A stretch of 64,000 bases of DNA from Haliotis cracherodii (lineage: Eukaryota), in the NCBI RefSeq assembly GCF_022045235.1, contig NW_027266319.1, positions 8,494,001 to 8,558,000 of the forward strand, given 5' to 3'. Shown here in pieces: positions 25,793 through 36,875 of this stretch. Under the pieces are notes generated by a model that did no database searches, had not been told where the DNA came from, and saw nothing but the letters and a program-made list of their open reading frames with translations. Numbering within the stretch: the stretch's first letter is position 1; each line of letters opens with the position of its first letter. The position numbers and the translations under genes were made by a program.

Positions 25793-26338
25793 AGTCAATC
25801 ATCTGTGCGCTACTTGTTATCATTCACCTGTGGTTGTCTATGTTCATCTGCTTATCACAACATATTACGCTTTTATACCTCTTTCACTTAGTTGTCGTCA
25901 CTCCAGCTTGATGACGGTGTAAGAATGTACAATCAAAACGTCGCTTTGTGCAAAAACACAGAAGTTGTGATCCATAAAGTATGTTTTTTATTTACCTGCC
26001 ACTTCTTGAATGCCAATGACAAAGCTGCTTTTGTATGAGTAGTTTTTGGATATATTTGGTAACGTGAGGGTACCGATCTACCCTTATGAACAGAGCTGGC
26101 ATTCAGCATTATTTGGTGCTCAAAGATGAATCAATGTCCTTTGTGTAAGTCTAACTTCTGTGTTGTATATTATTTATCAGTTGTAAATCTAGATGGGCAA
26201 TGATTCACCAGATTTCAGCATTACATTTAATACATTGAATGACGTGAGCATTCATGAAAACACTCAAATACATCATAAAATATAATAATGCCCTAAATAA
26301 TTCTATATCATTGCCTTATCATGTTATGATAACGAGTT

Positions 26339-26698
26339 GGACCGCCTCCGTGTGCTAGTGGTAGAGCGTCCGCCCGGAGAGGGGAAGGTCTGGGGTTCGA
26401 TCCCCGGCCGCGTCATACCAAAAGACGTTAAAAGATGGTACTTGTTGTTACCCTGTCTGGCGCTCGGCATTAAGGGCCTAAAACAAGGACTGGTCGGCTC
26501 GAAGTCAGTATACTGTGTCTGTGTGGGGTATTCATGTTAAACTGTGGCATGGTATCTCAGTGAGCTGGCACTATAAATCGGCATCAGTCCGGACTAGTAC
26601 AAGCAGCCACACAAACACATACACGTACATGCACGTCGCTATATAAGTGCAATAATCTTGGACGCGACGTTAAACCAAATTTCACCTCACCACACCTC
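26339..26698 (+). mobile_element. Full-length family M SINE with 12-bp TSD
   Basis: A/B boxes, Meta-like body, CACCT tail; TGATAACGAGTT (26327) and TGATATCGAGTT (26699). Confidence 0.92.
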
Positions 26699-29600
26699 TG
26701 ATATCGAGTTAATAATCAATGGTATATGTGACACAATGTATTCAGTGAGTAATGTGAGATTGGCGTGCTTTATTCCACCTGGGTTCACACGGAATTAACT
26801 ACTTGCATTTATTCAAACATTCCCAAGCCGCTTATATGATCTCAGTGTTGTCAGAACAGAGGAACGTCCATCATCTAAACATGACATGATCACAAGATCG
26901 TTTTTAAAAGTCAAAGTTAATAGAGACAATGCTGCATTTGTCAAATCAATAGACAAAATAGACGCGACAAAGACCACATCCAAAGTCATAAGAATCTCTG
27001 CCATTGTAGGATTCAGACAACATGTACATCATTTGTTTGTTTGTTTGTTGTTAACGCCGCGCTAAGCAATATTCCAGCTATATGACGGCGGTCTGTAAAT
27101 AATCGAATCTAGACCAGACAATCCATTGATTGACAGCATGAACATCGATACACGCAATTGGGATACGATGACATGCATCAACCAAGTCAGCAAGCCTGAC
27201 CACCCGATCCCGTTACTCGCCTCTTACGACAAGTATAGTCGCTTTTACGGCATGGTTTGAGAAGCATTTGTTCATGAATCACTATCAAATAGTGATGACA
27301 CCAAGTGTTCGAGAAGGCGAGCGTATCCTGCACCTCTTGTTACAAACACGCACAAGGGGAAGTCAATTGCTCATCTGAACAAACACCATATGATACAAAT
27401 CAAATTATACAAATACAAATCGATACAAATCGGGCTCTATTTTTGTCACTGATGCGTCACGTTTTTTAACTGTCCTCCACGTGTCTACCATAACACTTTC
27501 TGAGAGCTTTATTCAGGCCTTGAGCAACCTTTGAACAAGAGTCTAAAATCTTCGAAGAAACAACATGCATGATTGCATCTCAAAAGTTGTGAAATATAGA
27601 CATCAAAGGCTGGAGCTGCTGGAATCTGCTCCAAGCAATACTTGAAAAGTAGGAAAATATGGGGGTATGATAATTCCTACAATGGAACGTCCAAACAAAC
27701 AAATCAGATTGAATACTTTACAAATCAGGTCGTTTTTCTTTCCACTTAACACAAATATGAATTATGAATTTTGAGAACTTTGCAAATCCTTAAACCAAGG
27801 AAGTTGTTTGTCCAGTGACTATTTACCGTCTCTTCGGTGTCCCACTGAATCAACAGATGTAAAGGGTCTTCCACAGTGGGTCATGTTTCTCACTGATGAA
27901 GTCTTCAGATAACATAACTTGGTAACACTAGTCTATCTCCCGTCTCAGTCACCGACAGAGTCTATCTCAAAACCCTAGAGAATATGTTAAAAAATAATCT
28001 AACTCAAGTGGTTCTTAATGGTAACCTAAATCTGAATAAGTCATCATTGAATCTGTTTATATGTTTATTACTAAATCTAAAAGATTTGAACAAGGTTAAC
28101 CATTTCTACAGTGTTCTATAACAGTGTGTATGTTAACTGCGAAAGTGTTTAAAGAAGTAATATTTTACTAAGTCTTTTATCGCAATGACAATTATGTTGG
28201 TGGTACATGAGCTGTAAATAAATTATACCTTTCTTTTATATTTTTACAGGATATTTTTTTTTTATCTGTGTATTAATAATGCAATGTATATATGTAATCA
28301 TCGGGAACGCATTGTTTGTTGTTTACCAATCCTTATTTCATTCTACATGTATGTGATGAAATAAAAATATGTGTAAACCATTTATCAAGTCTAGATTACT
28401 TAAGCTTTGTTCTGGGCTCCATTTGGATTTTACTTTTATTTTTTGCTACGATAACTGTATTTGTGGGGCTGAATATCCTATCACCTGCTCTGTACTGTAG
28501 TACACACGAGACCAACACTGAGAAGGGAATGATATACTCCGATTTTCAGGAAGTCCTTGTGGTTTATATTGCAAAAGGGGCGGATACAGCTCTTCAGAAA
28601 GTGGGGAGGTACACATGGTAAAGTAGAGGTGCAATTTAAATAGAAACAAATATGAATGAAAATAGTTTACAATTAACTTGTCAGTCAAACAATAGCCAAA
28701 TATTCTTATTGTTGTTGAAATAATGTCATCAAATGATTAACGCTGTCATGCATGACCCGTCTGGATCCGCGTATGGGTAATTAATTTTAAAGAACGGGTG
28801 AAAGCGTTTGTATTTAATTCCCCACACCAATCCATCCTCCCCGGATTCATGTTTCTACCTTTTCTCCTGTTTCGTGTGTGTCTCTTATTTTAATGTGTTA
28901 GTATGACTCTACGTCTTCGGTTCTCACTCCTCATCTTCTGCAACCAATGCTTGTCGAAAGAGGCGACTAACGGGATCGGATGGTCAGGCTCCCTGACATG
29001 GTTGATGCATGCCATCGTATCCCAATTGCGTAGATCGATGCCTATGATGTCAATCACTGGATTACCTGGTCCAGACTCGATTGTGTATAGACCACTGTCA
29101 TACAGCTTATCCCAATCCTCACCTTTCATCTCTCACTCACTCACTCAGTACATATTATTTTAATTATTTTCCCCCAAGTAGTGAGCGAGTGAGTATGGTT
29201 TTACGCCGCTCTTAGCATTATTCCAGTAATATATCAGCGGAGGACACCAGAAATGGTCTTCACACAGGGTACCCATGTTGGGAATTGAACCCGGGTCTTC
29301 GGCGTGGCGAACGAACGCTTTAACCACTAGGCTATTCGACCGCCTCTTTTTCCTCAAGTAACCCCAGACTGTCCTAACTCCTCCCTACCCTCTACCCACC
29401 CCCTCCACCACCCTAGTGTCGCGTCCACCACTCGAGTTCAGATAACATGTGTTGTTTTATTTCCAGCTGAGATAAGTCCCCCTCACCGTGTACGTACCTC
29501 CTCAGGGCTGCGTCTTGGCAACTCCGACATGGGCTTAACACAAGGATAAGGTCCCTCCTATTGGTTCATATGAAGAGCTTACGGATTAACTCATTGACAG

Positions 29601-29860
29601 TTTCAGATCGATTTCCTTCCGTGTTAAAATAGCTACTGAAGTATTTGTATCTATATTCCTGCTATGACTCTTGGTTAAGCCCTTGAGATGAACATATCTA
29701 CCTTTGCTTACCTTTAATCGATATTCAATCAATTAGTAAACAGAACTACCATCCAAACTGTACACATAATAGCATTAACTGTCAAAGTTTTAAAAACATG
29801 TCAAAATTACCCAGTTTCCTCTGATGAGAACAAACTGAATTGTTACTGAACTAATACTTA

Positions 29861-30035
29861 CACTAAACTACGGTTATAACGAACTAAAAGGGACTACTAA
29901 TTTAAGTTCGTTATAACCGTAATTCGTTATAAACATATATACAGAATAACTACAGCATAAAGTCGGGACTAAAAAGTTAGTTCGTTATATCCGTTAGTTC
30001 GTTATAAGCGTGTTCGTTATTACCGTAGTTTACTG
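29861..30035. mobile_element. MITE family A copy
   Basis: TA-CACTAAACTACGG...CCGTAGTTTACTG-TA. Confidence 0.85.
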
Positions 30036-30066
30036 TATTTATATGCTGTCACATTGAACGTATATA

Positions 30067-30405
30067 CACTGCCGGGCAAAAGAATGTTTCCACTTGATGA
30101 TTGAATTTGACCCTAAGATTACAAGCGTTGTCAAAACTTTACTAGGCTGAAATCAGTCACCGAAACACACCAAACTTCAGGACCCACTTGCACAAAGAGA
30201 TCTTAGCGCTAAGATGATCGTAACTCTCATACTTTAACATAGGCTTGCAATAGTCGTAAAGATCGCTTTGTGCAAGTGGGTCCTGGTCCAAAAATACAAC
30301 TGTGATACCCGTATCCAATATATCCCCACTGAATAACCATTTCTTGCTTGTTTCATTTTTAGTCGCCATCAAACATGGTTGTATACGTCCTTTTGTCCGG
30401 TAGTG
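30067..30405. mobile_element. MITE family B copy carrying a nested MITE
   Basis: TA-CACTGCCGGGCAAAAG...CTTTTGTCCGGTAGTG-TA. Confidence 0.88.
30181..30282. mobile_element. 102-bp MITE (TIR GACCCACTTGCACAAAG, CWG flanks; PIF/Harbinger-like)
   Basis: Perfect 17-bp TIRs flanked by CAG and CTG; absent from the family B copy at 8864. Confidence 0.85.
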
Positions 30406-30978
30406 TATGTACGTTCAATGTAAAAGCACATCAATAATTATTAGTTCAGTAAACAATTCAAGTTTGTTCTATTCAGACACAAATCTTGCATGCGTGAAAT
30501 TGTTTATATTTTACATAGGTAAATATTTAACGATAATATTAATTCAACCTCTGCCTCATAACATTTTTTAATCATAACCAACACAAAGGACATGACACAA
30601 CAAGGTATTAGTGTGTTCAACATGTGTCACACACGCTGTGTAATTTTCCCATTATGACATGCCATACCTGTGGGGTATTTGGTTGCCAGATCTACCTGTG
30701 ATCAATCTATCCCCTAGGTACTTCTCCCCAGCACACCTGACAGGTAAGAACTACTGGTGTTGAGTGTTACCTATTAAATTCAGTGGGTACCACATCAGGC
30801 GTAGCGGGCACTTCATGGCCAACGTTGTTGGGTACAATTACACTACCAATAAATCAGTTTTGTTGCACAGCTGGTGAATTAGCTACTGGTTACTGCACTG
30901 ACCCTCTGTTTGAACGGCACGTTTAGTGGACCTATAAATCTAACGTGTATCAGCAAGGGTTCCTGCAGGTGTGAGTCA

Positions 30979-31168
30979 NNNNNNNNNNNNNNNNNNNNNN
31001 NNNNNNNNNNNNNNNNNNNNNNNNNNNNNNNNNNNNNNNNNNNNNNNNNNNNNNNNNNNNNNNNNNNNNNNNNNNNNNNNNNNNNNNNNNNNNNNNNNNN
31101 NNNNNNNNNNNNNNNNNNNNNNNNNNNNNNNNNNNNNNNNNNNNNNNNNNNNNNNNNNNNNNNNNNNN
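30979..31168. other. Assembly gap (190 N)
   Basis: Run of N. Confidence 1.
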
Positions 31169-31364
31169 TACTCAAGCTATATGAAGGCGGTCTGTAAATA
31201 ATCGATTCTGGACCAGATGAACCAGTAATTGACATCATGGATGAGATTACTCTCCAGTAAGTGGGAACAAAGTGGTTATTTGTTTTGAGCAGTAGTGTAG
31301 TGACACAAACGTTATGATTCAATACTATAGGTATTAACTGAATTCTTTTTCTGTTTATTTTCAG

Positions 31365-31456
31365 ACCACTGTGTTTTTAAGACCCCTCGTTCCAACGGCA
31401 TCCCCAGAGCGTACGGGAAACTCCCCTCCCTCCGAAAGAACGGGAAAAGGGGACAC
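31365..31456 (+). CDS. Host gene exon 2 (DHCVFKTPRSNGIPRAYGKLPSLRKNGKRGH), phase 1 to 0
   Basis: Strong acceptor TTCTTTTTCTGTTTATTTTCAG and donor CAC|GTGAGT; 92 nt, open in the required frame. Confidence 0.75.
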
Positions 31457-31957
31457 GTGAGTAGATATTTACAACATTCCGGGGAAATAGAATTTGAACT
31501 GTGTTGTTTGTTTATCAGCGCGTCTCCCCGTCTGCCTATATTGTCCATACCACTTTGATTAGATCGTCGGTACTGTTGATTGCGTACCAGGACGTCACGA
31601 CCTGTTCGGTTGAAATTAGTTTTTTCTTTCACAGCTCCTTTCGACGGTGTAGGTGCAATGCTGTTGCACAATTGTATTTTCATGGCGGATCCCTCCGGGT
31701 TTTGATTTTTTGTAATTGTTTCAGGCGTCTTAGATCGATACAAGTAGGTCACGATGACACTCAGGTGATTTAATCACAGCGACACGACTTACACCGAAGG
31801 AGAAACATTCTTTACCCAGCTTGGCAAGAGAATGGAATTCACGCTGTATCCGAAATAACTGATGTTTTCAGCATTTCCAGTGAATTGAGATACTTTTATT
31901 TTTGATTTCCCGTACGCGCAACCCCAGAACCCCGAACACCCTCCCCAACCCCGCCCC

Positions 31958-31994
<37 letters not shown>

Positions 31995-32644
31995 TCTATA
32001 TTTGTACGATGATGCACAAACGTATTAGAACATCATAATAAAATTATTATCTGGTATGTTTTCACCAAATTTAACACGACAACCAAACGCCAGTTGTATC
32101 ATGAATTAAATGCTACTCCTGTCTGTCTAATCATACACGGGCCGCGTCATATGGCTGGAATGTTGCTAAACACGGCGTTAAACATCCTCAGGCACATGGT
32201 TGCATTTGACCTCACTACGGTGTTCCATAATTTGTTGATTGTCTGGGTTAGTCTCATGCTGTTTCTATTAATAATACATATTCATAACATATTTCAACCA
32301 TATTTCAAACTGGGACCGTAATGGAATGATGCTTCTCGGCCACAGCTAAAATACCACTTACATAAACTGGTGGTCTCTTAAACCTCGTACCTTTAGACGG
32401 TTTGATTTTTATTGTCTGGATGAACGAGTCTCTGGGGTATAACAGGGAGTACAAGAGGATCTATAGTTAATACATTGTTCATGTATGAACGAACCCGTCC
32501 AGAGCGGGATTGCACTGCCTAGTGAAGAGTGCCTATATTAACCTAGAATGTGTCCTTGTTTGTTTGTTGTTTAACGCCGCACTCAGAAATATTCCATCGT
32601 TGTTATTTACTTCAGTGTGAAAAACCGAGTGTTTCGAAGTTGAG

Positions 32645-33120
32645 AACAGAACACTTGATATTTCAATGCAAAGAACATAACACTTGATATTTCACTCCAG
32701 TGAATATTACACTAGATATTTCAATGCAAAGAACATAACACTTGATATTTCACTCCAGTGAATATTACACTAGATATTTCATTGCAGTGAACAGAACACT
32801 TGATATTTCACTCCAGTGAACATTACACTAGATATTTCAATGCAAAGAACATAACACTTGATATTTCACTCCAGTGAACATTACACTAGATATTTCAATG
32901 CAAAGAACATAACACTTGATATTTCACTCCAGTGAATATTACACTAGATATTTCATTGCAAAGAACATAACACTTGATATTTCACTCCAGTGAACATTAC
33001 ACTAGATATTTCAATGCAAAGAACATAACACTTGATATTTCACTCCAGTGAACATTACACTAGATATTTCAATGCAAAGAACATAACACTTGATATTTCA
33101 CTCCAGTGAACATAACACTT
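32645..33120. repeat. 58-bp (2 x 29-bp) minisatellite inside a 1.1-kb insertion
   Basis: Alternating subunits ACACTTGATATTTCACTCCAGTGAAYATT and ACACTAGATATTTCAATGCAAAGAACATA. Confidence 0.95.
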
Positions 33121-36100
33121 TGACGGAACTAATGTCATACACGAGTTTCCTCCCCGCAAATTGTCTCCCTTTATCGTTAGTGTCCAGCCAGTACACAAAC
33201 CGTTGACTTACATTTTACGTTAGTTCCACATTTGCAAGGCAAAATAATGGCAGATGGTCATTTATGGAGTTAATATCGCTTCTTGACGTTTGTTGTTCGC
33301 TTGAAAATGTTTCGTTATAAACTGTAAATTTCTCATTTAACTCGACAATCGAGACTGTTGGTTTCTTAATCAACGTGTATTATTTCGCATCCAACAGCGG
33401 TCTCGTAAATTTCAAAAATAATAATATTCTAAAAATATGATAAAGAATTTTTGTGACCCTGCATATTTTTGCTTACTTTTGTTTCTATTTTTTAAGATTT
33501 TGCAAACATGAATCTACTTTTTAAGTTGCAAATACAAGGGGCAGTGAACCGTCCCTGTGTGTTAGGGAGAATTTACGTTTCATGGGTTTACATTTGTAAT
33601 GAAATAATTTAATTTTACGGTAGACAACCACACACAAAAATATGTAATTAAAAATATATTCGATGTATCTCGTGAAATATAATGTTTCTTTCATCTCGTG
33701 ACTCGACACATAAAATATGCTCAATATATGATGGCGGTTTGTACATAATTGAGTCTGGACCAGGCAATCCTGTGATTGACATCATGGGCATCGATCAACG
33801 CAACTGGGATATAATGACATGCATCAACCGAATCAGCGAGCCTGACCACCCGATCCCGTTAGTCGCCTCTTACAACAAGCATGGGATGCTGAAGACCAGT
33901 TCCAACCCAGATCTTCACGGGTGTATTAAATTTCATATGTCTCTACTAAGCGGACGTTTCATCATTATAGGAAGTTATCATTAACGAAATGGAAACAATG
34001 TGGTTATATTTGTTTAAATTTGAAAAATTTAAAAAATAATAATACGGTGTAAAAGACGTTTACTCGGGTCTTGTGAGAAATTATTTCAATTCCCCTGTAA
34101 AATAATTACCACAGTAATAGGCCCCTATCACAAAGGTGTTAATTGTCATGGGCGTTCTTTTTTTCGCAAGTCCTATCTAAATAATTCACACATCCAAATT
34201 TTTTACCTAAAAATACAATCTAAAAATACACGAAAAATGTTGGCCGAGACGTGTTTGCTCGCCCTTCTTAAATTTATGGCGTGGTCGCTCGAGATGAGCC
34301 CCTGCTGAAATCATTCAATGGAATGATTTCACTGAATAACTTCTTAAACGATCGCTTTGATGCCATTTAAAACAAGGATTACTGGGTCAAGCATTTAACA
34401 GAGCTTTGCTTTCAGATCTCTTTTCCTCAACAGGTATCAAATAACGAAGCGGCAGATCCTATCAATGGGAACAGAGTACCAGTCTTTTATCAGTTAACGG
34501 ACTCGATCTACCAAACAAACAAAAAATATACGGTGAATTGATATACAGCGTTGAGTGTTGACAAAGGTCTGCAACCCGGGGCTCAGTCTGCGTGGAAAAC
34601 AAATTTCGATGTTTGATCAGCCGACGAGTTGTTGGGGCATGACGTCAACAATTTAGGTTTATATGGTTAAGAAAGCATTAATTTTCTGTTCCTTTTTTCG
34701 CAATGTCTGTGTATTATTTTAATAACAATTTCAATGTTTTCAAGGTGTTTTACTAAATATTTCCATTAAATATTTCTCCGATAATTTAATTTCCAAATAT
34801 TGATTTTAACCAATTTAATTTTAAATTTTCGAGTCCCGGTTCGCTCTGATTATGTTTTTAGTTTTGCAAGCACCATACCTGTGGCCATGGGTTTCACGAA
34901 AATGATATCATAAACACCTAAGACCTGAATTCTGAATTTCCTCCCACATGAAGGTCATACGCTGAAATATAACTGAAATACTATTCAAAGCGGTGTGAAA
35001 CCCAACTCACTCACTAAAATTATAGTAATCGAATGAAATGCTTGAAGTTGCTTTCAAAAAGTGTTATTGTTGACAAGTGGATGACATTTCGAAATTTTGA
35101 CGGATCAGTGACAAAAAATTATGTCATGCAATTCCAAATTTTGTCGTGTACCATATGTTCCCGTGTTTTTTCTGGTGAACAGTTTACTGCTTTGCATGTG
35201 TTTGTGACAGGTGCCACGTGTGGGGCAGGATATGCTCACCTTTTCGCCAACACCAGGTACTATCACTGTTTGATGGTGATTCACAAACACAAGCGCATGA
35301 TATAGTCAAAATTATACAATCGACTTTGCTTTTGGCAGATAATTCTAATGAATAGGGTAAGGGTTTTGTCTCTTTTATTTATAAAAGAGTGATTTTACAT
35401 CCGCACCTTTCAACATGTCAGGAAAATGTGAACAGAGTTATTTCCCTTAGATCAGTTTCCCATTTCAATGCCAGCTTCGAATTCGCCATCTCAGTCCTCC
35501 ATCAGAGCTGCGAAATCAAATATAAATCACATTTCTTTCACAATCATCTGTCATAAAAATAGTTCGGCATTTCAGTTCGTGACAAAAATAGAGAAAAGAG
35601 ACATTTTTCAATATAAACTGACTATTTTGATGACTATCTTAGTCTGTTCCACACCAATCAACATATTTAATGTTCGTTTATGTTATTATGAAACAGAGAC
35701 GAAAAAACAATTCTCTGCCACCATCACGTGTAAAGAGACATTTAGAATTATGATTCCGGGTTTGATAAATGGGTTCAATACACAAGACATTATTCTACAC
35801 AGACTAGAAGGAGACGTATGTTTATATTATCCTCTTCCAACTCACAGAAATATTGTTTATTGCGCCATGACTAATTTTATCTTGCAAGGCTGGTATATAA
35901 CTATGTTTACGTTCTGGAAATAAAAAGCTAGCTATAAGATTTTATCTTTATGCAAATGATAATGAGTTATTTACGTGTTTATCAGTGATAATTCAAACGC
36001 CTCGATAGTTCTGACACCCTTTGTGTCTCCACGAAGAACACGTGCAATATTTTATGCCCAAGAAGCGCCACCTAGCGGCTGGAGTTCTAATTTCGGAGTC

Positions 36101-36767
36101 TCTTGGTATCAACCAACAATCTTTACTTTCCCTTGATATCAATAAATATCGATCTGCCTCTTCTGATCGAAAGATTAAGCTTAATCATCGATATCACTGG
36201 CGCTGGACCTCCCTCGCTCCCTGCGTACGTGCGATATTGATTTGGAAATAGTTTGGGTTTAATTACCGTTAATGACCTCATAGCACTTGAACCAACAGCA
36301 ATTACTTTGCACGGACTTCTCGTGGCTTCGGGGTTGCAAACGTCGTTTGGAACAATATCACATTTGCCCTTTTTATAGCCGAGAATAATATTGGCTTCAC
36401 AACGTAAATGAACATCGCTCCATTGCTAACCACGGGCTTTTAGTTGGGTAAATATAGAGTGCTTTAACATAGCCTCTCCCTCATCACTCGCCTAGATTAA
36501 AAGTTGTTCTTCTTTTCACAGAAGAAGAAGCAATGAAATTATATAATTTTTGTTTTGCAGGAATTATTGGTCATATGAACTTCAGTTACATAGTAAGTCA
36601 AGAATGAATCGACAAAGTTGATGTTTCTGATATTCATAATAAGTCGTTATTATTTGCGTGTACATGATAATATTTCCTCACAATGGATGTACAATTTCTC
36701 TCACGTGGATGTGGATGTGCAAGAGTGTAACGGGTTCTATTGTGTGTATGATATCTCAACCTGACTA

Positions 36768-36875
36768 TCATCACGCGGACAGAATCCCTGTATGATACAA
36801 TCTCATCACACGGACAGAATCCCTGTATGACACAATCTCATCACACGGACAGAATCCCTGAATGACACAATCTCA
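36768..36875. repeat. 35-bp tandem repeat x3
   Basis: TCACACGGACAGAATCCCTGTATGACACAATCTCA. Confidence 0.9.

Noticed and set aside
24725-25922. Long repetitive ORFs in minisatellites (also 970-2093 and 53496-53890)
   Set aside because: Products of stop-poor tandem repeats; the 37- and 59-bp units are not multiples of three.
29466-29540. Possible exon after TTTTATTTCCAG
   Set aside because: The phase-1 frame hits TAA before any convincing donor.
35468-35923. 151-aa intronic ORF (also 31312-31752 on the minus strand)
   Set aside because: AT-rich, no recognisable motif or splice support; the second overlaps exon 2 antisense.
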